Source: Candidatus Latescibacterota bacterium (GTDB lineage: Bacteria; Latescibacterota; UBA2968). Taken from it: a stretch of DNA of 64,000 bases. A model generated the notes under the pieces. That model had not been told where the DNA came from and did no database searches. It saw only the letters and a list, made by a program, of their open reading frames with translations. The translations under genes and the position numbers were made by a program. The DNA lies in the NCBI GenBank assembly GCA_965204745.1, contig OZ242010.1, positions 2,112,001 to 2,176,000 on the forward strand, in the 5' to 3' direction. Below are positions 10,531-21,442 of this stretch, one piece after another (position 1 is the stretch's first letter; every line of letters starts with the position of its first letter).

Positions 10531-10895
10531 GAATGAGAATTGCCATACTTTCAATCGCGGATAAGGGCAATTTGGAAAAGGAACGCCTCGTTCTTCGGGT
10601 GCGTGCAAACGCGGATGTAGGGGACTACATTTTAATTCAAACCGGATTCCAACAAGATGGCGTGACAATAGATACGCACAACACCTATTGGTTTCCGTAC
10701 AAAAAAGTGGAAGCAGGCGACCTCTTGGTGATCTACACCAAAAATGGTCGTGAAAACCAGCGGGCACTGGAAAATGGGAAAAACGTGCATTTCTTTTATT
10801 GGGGACTTCCCGAACCAATATGGGCGACAAAAGACCGCGCCCCGGTGCTCCTGTACGCGCCAGTATGGATCAGCAAAGAACCTCAGAAACTTTGA
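10527..10895 (+). CDS. Hypothetical beta-rich protein (lamin-tail/Ig-like?)
   Basis: ATGA overlap with the upstream gene; pattern ERLVL..VGDY.L..YWFP..V.AGD.LVIYT..G..FYWG..IW. Confidence 0.65.
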   Translation: MRMRIAILSIADKGNLEKERLVLRVRANADVGDYILIQTGFQQDGVTIDTHNTYWFPYKKVEAGDLLVIYTKNGRENQRALENGKNVHFFYWGLPEPIWATKDRAPVLLYAPVWISKEPQKL

Positions 10896-10970
10896 CCCGC
10901 ACGCCGGAACCACTCGCCGCAGTAACAATCCCACCCACAAAAGCGCTGGAAGTCGTTCCGGGCTTTTCCC

Positions 10971-13268
10971 ATGTCATCCTTCAAAAAATACCTCCTGCTC
11001 ATCCCCATCATCGCGCTCGCCATTGCGGTGGGTTATTGGTGGGGGATTTCTTTTCATGAGCCAGTCGCGCCGGTTCCCGAGTCCGCGCATCAAAACCGCC
11101 TCGCACAGGAGCTCAGCCCGTATCTGCGCCTGCATGCCCACAATCCGGTCGATTGGTATCCCTGGGGCGAAGAGGCATTGGCACGGGCGCGGCGAGAGGA
11201 CAAACCGATCTTCTTATCGGTCGGCTATTCGAGTTGCTACTGGTGCCATGTGATGGAACGGCTGGTCTTTTCCGATCCGGACATCGCCCAACTGATGAAT
11301 CAATTTTTTCTCAACGTCAAAGTCGACCGCGAAGAGCGGCCCGACATCGACGAGATTTACATGACCGCGACCCAACTCATCACCGGGCGCGGGGGATGGC
11401 CGAACTCGGTTTTTCTCACGCCAGACCTCAAGCCGTTTTACGCGGGCACGTACTTTCCGCCGGAAGACGCGCATGGGCGGCCGGGGTTTTTGCGCGTGAT
11501 TCGAGCCTTGCATGTGGCGTGGCAGGAAAACCGACAGGCACTTGAACGACAAGCCGATCAAATCGCCGAATCCATCACGCGCTTGCACGCCGCGACCGCG
11601 AGTTCCGAGCAGGCAGAAACCGACCTGATCGCCAAGGCCATCGACCACATCGAAGCGCGATTTGACCCCATCAATGGCGGCATCGGCACCGCGCCGAAGT
11701 TTCCGCCCGATCACGCGCTCGGCCTGTTGCTGACGGCCTATCAACGCGATGCCCAGCCAAAATATCTCGCGATGGCGACGCAAACCCTCAGCCACATGGC
11801 GCGAGGCGGCATCCGCGATCACTTGGGGGGCGGCTTTCACCGGTATGCAACCGATGCGCGGTGGCGCGTGCCGCACTTCGAGAAAATGCTCTACAACCAG
11901 GCCCTCCTCGTCCACAACTTCCTCCGTGCGTACCAAATCACCGGGGAAATGGCCTACCGCGTCGCGGCCGAGGAGACCCTCGACTTTGTATCAAACGACA
12001 TGACGCACCCCCAAGGCGGATTTTACTCTGCCCTCGACGCGGAAACAGACGCGGAAGAAGGCGCGTATTACACTTGGACAGAGGCGGACATTCGCCGGAT
12101 TTTGAAAACAGACGCGGACTTCTTCCTCTCGGGTTATGCCCTCGCGCCCATGCCCGAAGGCGCGGTCGGCGTCATTTACCAAGCCGACACAGACAGGGCC
12201 GCCCGCCATCAAATTGACGTTGCGGCCCTGCACGCCCGCCTATCCCCGCTCAAAGAAAAACTCTTGACCGCCCGCGCCCAACGCCCGCGTCCCCTCCTCG
12301 ACGACAAAATCATCACCGCTTGGAATGGCCTCATGATAGGCGCGTACGCCCATGCGTACGAAGTCCTCGCCCGCCCAGAAGACCTCAGCGCAGCGCAAAA
12401 AGCCGCTGAGTTTATCCGCGACAACCTCCGCACAGCACAGGGCGACTTGTACCGCATCTACCGCGATGGGCAGCGCAAAGGGCAAGCGTACCAAGAAGAT
12501 TACGCCTTTCTGATCGATGGCTTGCTCCACCTCTATCGCGCAACGCAGACCGGGTCGTATCTCCAAGACGCGCTGTCCCTCGCAGAACGCATGCACGCCG
12601 GGTTTTGGGACGCGCTCCACGGCGGATATTTTCTTTCTCGGGAACAAAACGAGATGATCGTCCGCACCAAAAGTCCGCACGACAACGCGCTGCCCGCGGG
12701 CAATGCCGTGGCCCTGCACGTCCTGTGGCAACTCCATGCCCTCACGCAAAACCCCATCTACGCCCAACGCGCACACGCCCTGATGCAGAATTTTGCTCCT
12801 CGCGCCGAGAAAAGCCCGGGGGCGTTCCTGCACTTTATCCACGGCACGATGATGGCAACGCCCGGCCATCCCATCGCAACGCGCTCGCGGGATAGCCTCG
12901 TCACCGCATCGGTCTCGGTCTCGGCTGTGGACGACAACGCCCTCGCCGCGACCGTGCGCTTGCACATTGCGTCGGGCTGGCATATTCAAGCGGCCCATCC
13001 CACGGATGAGTACCTGATCCCCACGCGCCTCGCCATAGAAGGGGACAATGCCCAAATCATCGACATCTCCTATCCATCGCCCAAAGACATACAATTTCCC
13101 TTTGCGGATCATCCCATCGCGGTTTATGCCGATAGCCTCGCCATTCCCCTCGCCCTGTCCTTCAACTCCCGCCCGCAATCCCTCGCGTTGTTGCTCACCT
13201 ATCAGGCCTGCGACAGCACGCGCTGCCTTCCCCCGCAGACGCAGCGGATAAAATTCAAAAAAAAATAA
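10971..13268 (+). CDS. YyaL/SPATA20-like thioredoxin + six-hairpin glycosidase-like protein with C-terminal DsbD-N-like domain
   Basis: [34 protein letters not shown]-terminal YQAC...CLPP. Confidence 0.9.
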   Translation: MSSFKKYLLLIPIIALAIAVGYWWGISFHEPVAPVPESAHQNRLAQELSPYLRLHAHNPVDWYPWGEEALARARREDKPIFLSVGYSSCYWCHVMERLVFSDPDIAQLMNQFFLNVKVDREERPDIDEIYMTATQLITGRGGWPNSVFLTPDLKPFYAGTYFPPEDAHGRPGFLRVIRALHVAWQENRQALERQADQIAESITRLHAATASSEQAETDLIAKAIDHIEARFDPINGGIGTAPKFPPDHALGLLLTAYQRDAQPKYLAMATQTLSHMARGGIRDHLGGGFHRYATDARWRVPHFEKMLYNQALLVHNFLRAYQITGEMAYRVAAEETLDFVSNDMTHPQGGFYSALDAETDAEEGAYYTWTEADIRRILKTDADFFLSGYALAPMPEGAVGVIYQADTDRAARHQIDVAALHARLSPLKEKLLTARAQRPRPLLDDKIITAWNGLMIGAYAHAYEVLARPEDLSAAQKAAEFIRDNLRTAQGDLYRIYRDGQRKGQAYQEDYAFLIDGLLHLYRATQTGSYLQDALSLAERMHAGFWDALHGGYFLSREQNEMIVRTKSPHDNALPAGNAVALHVLWQLHALTQNPIYAQRAHALMQNFAPRAEKSPGAFLHFIHGTMMATPGHPIATRSRDSLVTASVSVSAVDDNALAATVRLHIASGWHIQAAHPTDEYLIPTRLAIEGDNAQIIDISYPSPKDIQFPFADHPIAVYADSLAIPLALSFNSRPQSLALLLTYQACDSTRCLPPQTQRIKFKKK

Positions 13269-13649
13269 TACCAACTTGATTTTAAGTTGTCCGTATCCTG
13301 TGCCCTATCAGGGATGAATGAGGAACAGACGTTCCGTAGGGATCAGGCGTTGCTTGTCTAAAACGTTTGGTTCTGCATTCTCGTTGGTTGCCTCCGATGC
13401 CTTCGGCGACCTACTTTTTTTCAACAGCAAAAAAAAGTAGGCAAAAAATGCCGCTCTCAAACGCCGAGAGGCTTGCACAGCGCAAAGCGCTTTTGTAACA
13501 GAACGATATGCGTCAGCCTGCAAAGTGGGTTGCATAATGGACATTGGTTGCGAAACGGCCTTGCGCGCTGTGCGTGATGGCTTGATCGGAGGGAGTTTTG
13601 TGAGGGCACTTATTGTGATGCCTGATTTGAACTGCGGAACGTCGGTGAA

Positions 13650-13795
13650 TACGATGAGCGTGGTAGCAAAAGCGAGAAAACTGAAGGAGTGACTGTTCCA
13701 GTTTCTCAAACCGAGAGCATATTCTGCGATAGGGCTTGATTTTCTCGATAAACCGCTCAAGCCAGTTGCTTTGCTCGTAAATGTCAACATAAGGT
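13650..13795 (-). pseudogene. IS5-family transposase C-terminal remnant (frameshifted)
   Basis: LERFIEKIKPYRRICSRFEKL continues in another frame as FSFLAFATTLI, matching the typical IS5/IS427-group C-terminus. Confidence 0.65.
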
Positions 13796-13900
13796 AAAAA
13801 AAAATGGGACCCCTCCTCCGCCCCTCCCCGCACAGGCGTAGCCTACAACGAAGCGTAGCGAGTAACAGGGGCCAGGTAGGAGTCCCATTATGCTAACCGG

Positions 13901-14716
13901 TCATACCGTATTGTTTTCCAGCGAATACGTGCGGTTGCCGCCGGGGGGGCCTCCGATAGCCCATGTCCCGCGGAACAGGGATTGGCGTTTGGGCGGCATG
14001 GCGGCGATGGTCTCGTGGCGCAGGTTGAGGCGATGCCATTGCGCCCAGATCGAGTTGTAGCAGTTAAACACCGCACAGCGAGGATTAGAGGTTTGCGTCC
14101 AGTCGTTCGCCGCGTGGACGAGGCTTTCGGTGAAGATGACCACGGAGCCGGCCGGACAAGTGTAATCCTCCATTGCCGCGCGCATGTTCTCCTCCCACGG
14201 CGAGTCGCTGATGTTGGGCCGGTTCGGATCCGGCCCCCCGTAGTTGAAATGCGCTTTGTGCGATCCGCTCAAAAAGGATGTGCCTCCTGTTCCCGCTTCT
14301 ACATCTTCGAGTTCCCACACCACGCGGGTCAGCCCCGAAAATATCTTTCCGCCCGCGACCTGATACCGCATGGCATTGGCCTGTTGGGGCGGACGCACCA
14401 CATGCGGCATGCCGTTGTCGCGCCGTTCAGATGCGCGCCAGCCGGGTCGCCGCACAGTGGTAAATGACCCTTCGCATCGAAAGCTGTAACAGTCGTCCCG
14501 CACAAAAGGGGCTTCGGACAAAATCTCGGTGAGAATGCCCACGATACCCGGGTGGTCGAGCAAGTTCTGAAGCGCGCCACCATAACTCTGCCTGGCCCCG
14601 GCGTACACCTCTGCCTTCATCTCGTCAATTTCCGGCTGTGACAATACGCCAGGCAATAAAATCCACCCGCGCAGATCGAAGAAAAACTTCTGCTCGGGGG
14701 TCATCAGTTCTGCCAT
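13901..14716 (-). CDS. Phytanoyl-CoA dioxygenase (PhyH) family protein
   Basis: MTPEQKFFFDLRGW, GGT.F.SGSHK, AGSVVIFTESLVH. Confidence 0.8.
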   Translation of the reverse strand: MAELMTPEQKFFFDLRGWILLPGVLSQPEIDEMKAEVYAGARQSYGGALQNLLDHPGIVGILTEILSEAPFVRDDCYSFRCEGSFTTVRRPGWRASERRDNGMPHVVRPPQQANAMRYQVAGGKIFSGLTRVVWELEDVEAGTGGTSFLSGSHKAHFNYGGPDPNRPNISDSPWEENMRAAMEDYTCPAGSVVIFTESLVHAANDWTQTSNPRCAVFNCYNSIWAQWHRLNLRHETIAAMPPKRQSLFRGTWAIGGPPGGNRTYSLENNTV

Positions 14717-14738
14717 GGTTCCTCCTTTATGCCAATGG

Positions 14739-14981
14739 TTAGTCTATCCAACCCAATGCCTTGGCAATGGCAACCAAAAATGTGGCGATGCCAAGCGCGA
14801 ATCCCGCTGTCCAGCGCATGCTGACCTTCAAATCTCGATGCGCTTGCTGGGACTCTAATCGCAACAGTTCGATATCTCGTTTCAAGTCTCTGTGGTTGTC
14901 GTCAACTTTATTTTTAATGCGAACGAGATTTTTGTCAATCCGCTTGATCGCTTCTTCGTGTTGGGCAACATTCCGAGTCAT
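14739..14981 (-). CDS. Small coiled-coil protein with C-terminal TM anchor
   Basis: GGAGG RBS; heptad N-terminus, DLKRDIELLR, hydrophobic C-terminus. Confidence 0.6.
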   Translation of the reverse strand: MTRNVAQHEEAIKRIDKNLVRIKNKVDDNHRDLKRDIELLRLESQQAHRDLKVSMRWTAGFALGIATFLVAIAKALGWID

Positions 14982-15063
14982 TTTTCACCTCCTTTCCGGT
15001 GGATGGTCAAAATCCATTTACCCCGCTGATCGCACAATCTCCGCGCTATCGGGGGTGCTTTTA

Positions 15064-15098
15064 GAAGCCCCTCTGATTCTGCAAGGGGAGTACCTCAC
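15064..15098 (-). mobile_element. IS200/IS605-like terminal hairpin remnant
   Basis: GTGAGGTACTCCCCTTGCAGAATCAGAGGGGCTTC starting at the stop codon of the radical SAM gene. Confidence 0.4.
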
Positions 15099-16078
15099 AT
15101 GAGTTCTCCGCCACAACTGCTGCCCGCGCCCGCCGTGCAGCCAAAGCAGTGATCGCCCACGCGCACGTCGCGGCCGATCAAGTCGTCGGGCATCACCTCC
15201 CAGAGTTTGACCTCGCGCCCAAACGCATGCAGATCGAGCATCTGGTTAAAATCGCAATCGTAAATCTCGCCTTGCCACCCGACGCTGATCAAGGATCGGC
15301 ACATCAAATTATCGACTGTGTGGGGATTGAAATTGTCCTGCAAGGTCTGCACGTACTGGTCGTAAATGCCCCTGCGCTTGAGAAAATCCCCAAAGCGGCT
15401 GATGGGCATGTTGGTGATGGTGTAGAGCTTGTTGAAGGCGATGTCGTAGCGCGCTTTTAGTTCCGCTTTGTAATCGGCTTCGAGTTCGGCCTGCGGCGGC
15501 GGTAGTGACGCGCCGACCGGGTTGTACACCAGATGCAGTTCCAACCCCGTGCCCGCCCGGCCATATCCGATGCGGTTGAGCAGTTGCAACGCCCGGATGC
15601 TCTTGGTAAAAACGCCGCGCCCGCGCTGTTCATCCACATTTTCCTCCAGATAACACGGCAGGGAACACACCAATTCGATTTCGTGTGCGCGGTAAAATTC
15701 CGGCAGGTCTTCCTGCCCGCGTTCAAAGATCACGGTCAGATTGCAGCGCACCATCACGCGGCGGCCCTGGGCGCGGATGCGCTCGACAAAAGCGCGAAAA
15801 TCCGGATTCAACTCGGGCGCGCCCCCGGTGAGATCAACCGTCTGCACATCGGACTGTTCGAGAAAGGACGCGATGCGGTCGATGGTCTCACCGGTCATGA
15901 TCTCGGTGCGCGTGGGGCTGGCATCCACATGGCAGTGGCGACACGCTTGGTTGCACAATTTGCCCAGGTTGACTTGCAGAATATCTAACCGGTCGCGTGC
16001 GAGTGCGAGGTGTTCATCGCGGAGTTTGCTCGCAAAATCGGTCTTTTGATCCCCACGCGCAATTTGCATCAAAGCCAT
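15095..16078 (-). CDS. arsS: Radical SAM/Cys-rich protein (ArsS-like)
   Basis: CNQACRHC, DLTGGAPE, SLPCY, C-terminal HCFGCTAGAGSSCGG. Confidence 0.8.
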   Translation of the reverse strand: MALMQIARGDQKTDFASKLRDEHLALARDRLDILQVNLGKLCNQACRHCHVDASPTRTEIMTGETIDRIASFLEQSDVQTVDLTGGAPELNPDFRAFVERIRAQGRRVMVRCNLTVIFERGQEDLPEFYRAHEIELVCSLPCYLEENVDEQRGRGVFTKSIRALQLLNRIGYGRAGTGLELHLVYNPVGASLPPPQAELEADYKAELKARYDIAFNKLYTITNMPISRFGDFLKRRGIYDQYVQTLQDNFNPHTVDNLMCRSLISVGWQGEIYDCDFNQMLDLHAFGREVKLWEVMPDDLIGRDVRVGDHCFGCTAGAGSSCGGELM

Positions 16079-16087
16079 GGTGTTCTC

Positions 16088-17773
16088 CTAAAACGCCCCG
16101 TCGATGATCGACCGCAACCGATGGATACCCGCTATCGGGTCGGTCTTAAAATGGATGCGAACAGCCCGTCTGTTGCGGCGCGAAAGCGCGTGGGCATCGC
16201 CTAGGGCCTGCGCCTCTTTGAGGATGCCAAACGAGAACGCCCGCCCCGGAATCGGCACATCCGCCGCGTCGTCGCCGGTCAGTTGGATGACCGCCACGCT
16301 ATTTGGCCCGCCTTTGTGCAACTGCCCGGTGGAATGCAGGAAGCGCGGCCCAAAGCCCAAGGTGGTTGCCACCCCACAGACTTGGCGAATCCGATGCCGC
16401 AAGCCCTGCAAGTGTGCGACAATATCTCGATTCATGTCGAGGTACGTGCAGAGGGCGACGTAGTCGTCCGGTGCAACGCGGTTGAGAAATTGGGACACGC
16501 AGGCCTCGAGGCTGTCGAGATCGTCCATCCCCGCATCGGCATAAACCGCGACATCGCGGTCGCAAAACAGCGGCGGTTGCGCGGGCAACGCGCCCTCTCG
16601 TTCAAAGGTCTGCGTCAGTTGTGCGGTGAAGTTTTTGCTCTCCTGCACATTGGGTTGGTCAAACGGATTGATGTTCAAAACCGCGCCTGCCACTGCTGTT
16701 GCGTATTCCCACTGAAAAAACGCCGCGCCGAGTGCCAACGGGTCTGCCACATCGAGTTGGATCACGGGCAACCGCGCCGCGCGCAAAGTTTCTATTTTTT
16801 GATCGCGACGCGCATCGCCGGCCAAGCGAATATAAACAAAGACCCGATCCGCGCCATAAGCATCGGGCAGGGCGACGTCTTCCAAATCAATCGGTATCAA
16901 CCCCCGACCATTTTTGCCCGTGCTCTCGGCCAAAAGTTGCTCTAGCCACGCGCCGAAATCCCACAACTTCGGCGAGGTGACGAGCGTCACTTTATCCCGA
17001 CCAGCCTTTGCCAATTCCCCGAGCATGAGGCCCAACAGCAGGCCGGGATTGTGTTCATCCGTTGCCATGCACCGGTCGCCCATCGCCACTGCGCGTTTTA
17101 AGAACGCCCGTACATCCACGCCGATCAAGGCCGCGGGCACCATCCCAAAATGCGAGAGCGCGGAAAACCTGCCGCCGATTTCCGGTACCCCGTGAAAAAC
17201 GGCCCAAAAGTCCCGCTCTTTGGCGAGCGTCTCCAGTGCGGAACCCGGATCCGTAATCGCGACAAAATGTTGCCCTGCTGCATCGCCGACCGCTTCCCGC
17301 ATCTTTGCCCAAAAAAATTCGCAAAATGCGTGGGGTTCGGTGGTCGTGCCGGATTTGCTGGCGACAATGCACAAGGTCGTCTCCATCTCGACCGCATCGG
17401 CAAACCGCTGCACTTGCGCGGGCACCGTGGAATCCAACACATGCAGCGCGGGCCATCCCTCGCGGGGGTCAAACGTCATCGCCAACACCTCGGGGCACAA
17501 ACTGCTGCCGCCCATGCCCAAGAGCAAAACATCCGTCATCCCTCGGTCGCGCACCTGCCGGGCAAACGCGCAGAGTTCTGCCGCCTGATCGCGCATGCGA
17601 GACGCGATGGTGAGCCACCCCAACCAATCGGCTTCGTCCGCGCCCGACCAAAGCGAGGCATCGCCGCGCCACAACCGCTCGGTATTGCCCCGTTGCGACC
17701 ACGCCTTCAATGCGCGGTCAACCCTGGCTTGAAACGCGCCCAAAGACGCATGCATGTCTGAAATCCCGCCCAT
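16088..17773 (-). CDS. pgi: Glucose-6-phosphate isomerase (Tal-Pgi C-terminal type)
   Basis: GMGGSSL, SKSGTT.E, IGGRFS, EQL.AESTGK, NPFDQPNVQESK. Confidence 0.88.
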   Translation of the reverse strand: MGGISDMHASLGAFQARVDRALKAWSQRGNTERLWRGDASLWSGADEADWLGWLTIASRMRDQAAELCAFARQVRDRGMTDVLLLGMGGSSLCPEVLAMTFDPREGWPALHVLDSTVPAQVQRFADAVEMETTLCIVASKSGTTTEPHAFCEFFWAKMREAVGDAAGQHFVAITDPGSALETLAKERDFWAVFHGVPEIGGRFSALSHFGMVPAALIGVDVRAFLKRAVAMGDRCMATDEHNPGLLLGLMLGELAKAGRDKVTLVTSPKLWDFGAWLEQLLAESTGKNGRGLIPIDLEDVALPDAYGADRVFVYIRLAGDARRDQKIETLRAARLPVIQLDVADPLALGAAFFQWEYATAVAGAVLNINPFDQPNVQESKNFTAQLTQTFEREGALPAQPPLFCDRDVAVYADAGMDDLDSLEACVSQFLNRVAPDDYVALCTYLDMNRDIVAHLQGLRHRIRQVCGVATTLGFGPRFLHSTGQLHKGGPNSVAVIQLTGDDAADVPIPGRAFSFGILKEAQALGDAHALSRRNRRAVRIHFKTDPIAGIHRLRSIIDGAF

Positions 17774-17774
17774 A

Positions 17775-18599
17775 TCATTTTTGCTCGTTCAGTGCCCAAT
17801 CGTAATCCAAGAACGCGATTTGCACCCCCGGATGGGTTTGCAAATACGCGACATCGTCTTTTTCGAGAAACAGGGCGAGGTAATCCAACAGGGTTTCGCC
17901 CGCGTTATTCGCTTTGAGATATGCGGTAAAATCAGCGCGGAACCACTTAAAAATCGACGACAACCGCACCACATCCGCCCGTTGATCGATTTGCACATGG
18001 GTCGGGTTGCGGACCATATCGCGCATGGCCGCGTGGAGTTGCGCGTCCAAGTCGCCGGGCATAAACGCTTTGTTCTGCAAGCGCGGGCAACTCACCGCCG
18101 CGCAGTTGATCGCCGCGTGGATGCGCGGGTCCGCGAATCGTTTGCGGATGATCTCGTGCTCGATGTGATCCAGCGTCATCTCGCGCCCGCCAACGCGGAA
18201 TGCGTGTCTTTTGAAAAAGCCGTGAAACAGCGCGATGTCCGTCACGGATGCAATGGGATAGGCTTTTGCGACTCCGGCCAGCACGCAGGCATTGTACGCG
18301 TTGATCCAATACGCGAGGCTGTCTGCACGGCCGGGAAAAAGCGCGGGGTGCGTCTCGGGGCTGATCCGCGCGAGTTGCTGCATAAAAAGGCGCAAGTCCT
18401 CATCCGCCTTGACGGCCTCGTAATTGACCCATCCCTCGGCATTGACGACGCGCCCGAGCGTGCGGTTGAGCGGGGCGTAATCGAATGACTCGGCTGCGCT
18501 GTGTTGCACAAATCCCGCGAGGGCGAGGCAGAGTGTCCAAATTCGCCACATCTTGAACGGAGACCTTTCTGACCGGGAAGGGGTCATTTTACGCATCAA
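17775..18599 (-). CDS. DUF547 domain protein (secreted)
   Basis: LAYWINAYNA, DPRIHAAINCAAVSCP, LSSIFKWF, YDWALN. Confidence 0.85.
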   Translation of the reverse strand: MMRKMTPSRSERSPFKMWRIWTLCLALAGFVQHSAAESFDYAPLNRTLGRVVNAEGWVNYEAVKADEDLRLFMQQLARISPETHPALFPGRADSLAYWINAYNACVLAGVAKAYPIASVTDIALFHGFFKRHAFRVGGREMTLDHIEHEIIRKRFADPRIHAAINCAAVSCPRLQNKAFMPGDLDAQLHAAMRDMVRNPTHVQIDQRADVVRLSSIFKWFRADFTAYLKANNAGETLLDYLALFLEKDDVAYLQTHPGVQIAFLDYDWALNEQK

Positions 18600-19947
18600 A
18601 AAACGTCAGGTACGGCTTGTCGTGGATTTCGCGTTGGAGCAAGACCGCCAGTTCCATCGCGTGGTAATCGCCCCACATCGACGCTTCGCCACACGCGACC
18701 TGTTGCCCTTCGGGGACGTGGTCCCACGCATTGGGGTTGTGGTAAATCGAATGCAGGATGAGGCCCTGATGCCCTTTGTCTTCGGACAAATAGGGCGGGT
18801 TAAACAGGGTTTGTGCCACGGTGAACGCGGCTTGGCGATAGCGCGCATCGTCCAAATAGACGCCCAACCGGTAAAGCCCTTGCGCTGCAATGGCCGCGGC
18901 AGAACTATCGACGGGTTCATGTGCATTGTACGGATCGGAGATGCGATTGCTATCGTTTTTCATCGGCGCGAGTCCGGGCGCGCCCGCATCCCAGAATGGA
19001 ATGCCGTCTGCCGATGTGATTTTGTCGATGTAATAATCCGCTGTGGCGCGGGCCGCTTTGAGCATCCAAGCTGTCACCGCATCTCGCCCGCCGTACAGGT
19101 CGAGCGCGTCATCCGGCAGATGGGCCACGTATTCCAAGAGTTCGGCATAGCCGGTCACAATCCACGCCAGCCCGCGCGTCCATGTCGAAAATGGCGAGTA
19201 CCCCTGTTGCGTGCTCGGGCAGCGGTAATTGCCATCATTGAGGTTGAAAATGGACTCGTGTACCACCCGGCCGCAAATGTCGTAGCGGTCGCGCCCCTCG
19301 CCGTAATACACGTTGAATCGCGCGGTTGTCTCGGCGTGGTGGAGCAGGCGTTGGAGCAGGGAAATCGCGCGGTCGTTTTCCCCCATCAAGACGTGGCCGA
19401 GATCGTGTGCTAAGGCCAAGGCGCGGCACGAGCGAATGGTGTCTGAAAACAGGGAATGCGGCCCGTTGAACGAATAGATGTAGCCCTTGCCATCGCCGAT
19501 AGTCGTCCAGCGTGCGGCTTGAACCGCGCCCGAGGCTTTGAGGGCCAATTCGTAAAAATGCCGCTCCCACTCGTTTTCCGCAATCGCGCCCTCGCGCATC
19601 AACCGGCGCAAATTGCCATAAGTCGAGACATTGTTAAACCCGTGGTCATGCACCCCAATATGCGTCACATGAGACGCCATGCGCTCGACCGTGCCCACGC
19701 GCCCAATGTGCAACAAATCCTCGTCGCCCGTGATCTCATAGCCCAAAATCGCGCATCCAAACTGAAACCCCTGCGTCCACTCGGTCCACCCGCGCGTGGT
19801 GTATTTGCCATCTACCGTAAAAACCGGGGTTCCGCGATTCGGATCCCAGGTCGCGTCAATGTTGCGGATTTTCTCAACCGCCAGCGCGAAAAAGCGCTTC
19901 AGCCCGGTTCGCAAATCCCCGAGCCGAATATCGACATTCACTCTCAT
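18589..19947 (-). CDS. Glycoside hydrolase family 88-like protein
   Basis: WTQGF, HDHGF, STWTRGLAW, DSSAAAI, WGDY. Confidence 0.8.
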   Translation of the reverse strand: MRVNVDIRLGDLRTGLKRFFALAVEKIRNIDATWDPNRGTPVFTVDGKYTTRGWTEWTQGFQFGCAILGYEITGDEDLLHIGRVGTVERMASHVTHIGVHDHGFNNVSTYGNLRRLMREGAIAENEWERHFYELALKASGAVQAARWTTIGDGKGYIYSFNGPHSLFSDTIRSCRALALAHDLGHVLMGENDRAISLLQRLLHHAETTARFNVYYGEGRDRYDICGRVVHESIFNLNDGNYRCPSTQQGYSPFSTWTRGLAWIVTGYAELLEYVAHLPDDALDLYGGRDAVTAWMLKAARATADYYIDKITSADGIPFWDAGAPGLAPMKNDSNRISDPYNAHEPVDSSAAAIAAQGLYRLGVYLDDARYRQAAFTVAQTLFNPPYLSEDKGHQGLILHSIYHNPNAWDHVPEGQQVACGEASMWGDYHAMELAVLLQREIHDKPYLTFFDA

Positions 19948-19950
19948 TTT

Positions 19951-20253
19951 TTATCCTTGATTGACCGCCTTGGCGAAATCGACATCCGCACGGGTGACGG
20001 CGTTTTCGCTGTGCGTGGTCACGGAGACCGTGAGGGTTTTGGCGCGGCTGTTGAGATGGATATCGGAGTGGTGGTTGTTCTCGTCCATGATCTCGGTCAG
20101 CCTGCGGACCTGAGCCATTGTCGGCACAAATTTTTCAAAGTGCCAAACGCGCTGCAACTCCTTCGCGTCTTCGAGATACGCCCAGCCTTCGAGCGCGGCG
20201 ACTTCTGCGCGAATCTCGTCTTCGGTCAGTCGGGTTTTGTCTTCAACGGCCAT
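19951..20253 (-). CDS. Pterin-4a-carbinolamine dehydratase family protein
   Basis: NHHSDI, TTHS..VT..D..FA motifs; GGAGG RBS. Confidence 0.85.
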   Translation of the reverse strand: MAVEDKTRLTEDEIRAEVAALEGWAYLEDAKELQRVWHFEKFVPTMAQVRRLTEIMDENNHHSDIHLNSRAKTLTVSVTTHSENAVTRADVDFAKAVNQG

Positions 20254-20548
20254 GGGTACACCTCCATCAGAAAAGTGAAAAGTGAACATCATCAGGGTCA
20301 GGGAGCGGCAAAAGTTCAGGTGCGTGGCGATAGCGTGGTGGCGTGGTGGCGTTCATCAGAAACCGCAGTTCTGGGGCAACCACGGGCGCGCCTTTTTTTA
20401 GTAACGCGGCACGCATCTGCCAATGCCAACTACTCACCGGATTCGAGGCCGTTTGCCAAATCGCGGTGCGATAAAGCACGCACAAGGGATAAATTGATCC
20501 TCCATGCACGGGACAAAAAAGGACGCTGTTACACGCCCTTCGCAACCT

Positions 20549-20710
20549 CTACTCAATGCCGAGGCTCGCGGCTTCTTCAGATGTGTAATATCTGATGCCT
20601 TTGGCCTCTAATTTCTTGCGCGCCTTTTTGCCCCGCTTGCCACCCCGTCGCACCAGCGAGAGCAACCGTCTGGTTTCCTCGAGGTCTTTATTTACATAAC
20701 TGGATTTCAA
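20549..20710 (-). CDS. Small basic hypothetical protein
   Basis: TTG start after AAAGGCGG; Arg/Lys-rich, 53 aa. Confidence 0.4.
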   Translation of the reverse strand: MKSSYVNKDLEETRRLLSLVRRGGKRGKKARKKLEAKGIRYYTSEEAASLGIE

Positions 20711-20965
20711 AACATAACCGCCTTTGCTTTGTCGCACACCCGTGCGAAGTGTTCGATTGTCCCTCAATATATACAAAATATACAAAGCCGCGTCAAAACG
20801 CAATGCCTACCCCACTTGGCTCAATCCCGTAAGTTCCGTATATTGTTAGCCCCCGCCACACCACAAGTAAGACGTGAGAGGCAAGACGTGAGACGCAAGA
20901 GGGGGCGGCGCGGGAGACGCACAGGGGTAGCGGGGTGAGCTGACAACTGACAACCGACAACTACC

Positions 20966-21442
20966 ATGCCAATCGAAATCGAACGAAAATTTTGCGTGCA
21001 AGAAATGCCGAATCTAACCGCGCACTCCGGCGTGGCTATCGCGCAGGGGTATCTCGCGGTGGATGTAGCGGGTACTGAAATACGAGTTCGGCGCGAGGGC
21101 GGGCACTATTATCAAACCGTGAAAATGGGTATGGGCATAAAACGCATCGAAGTCGAGATGGCGTTGACCCGCGTGCAGTTTGACATCCTCTGGCCCTTGA
21201 CAGCGGGCAGGCGCGTCAAAAAAGTGCGGTATGAACTGACCGAAGGAAAATGGACCATTGAGTTGGACGTGTATCGCGGTCGCCTGAATGGCCTCGTCGT
21301 GGCCGAGGTCGAGTTTGAGAGCGTGGCCGAAAGTGCGCGTTTTGTCCCGCCGCCGTGGTTCGGCAGGGAAGTGACGGATGATGCGCGATACAAAAATGCC
21401 AACCTCGCACAAAGGGGGTTGCCCGATGATCGCACGCAGTGA
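20966..21442 (+). CDS. CYTH domain protein (triphosphate tunnel metalloenzyme)
   Basis: EIERKF, QGYL, KVRY, AEVEF, WFGREVT. Confidence 0.9.
   Translation: MPIEIERKFCVQEMPNLTAHSGVAIAQGYLAVDVAGTEIRVRREGGHYYQTVKMGMGIKRIEVEMALTRVQFDILWPLTAGRRVKKVRYELTEGKWTIELDVYRGRLNGLVVAEVEFESVAESARFVPPPWFGREVTDDARYKNANLAQRGLPDDRTQ

Noticed and set aside
15095-15125. Possible selenocysteine in the ArsS-like C-terminal SSxGG motif
   Set aside because: The codon is TGT (Cys), not TGA
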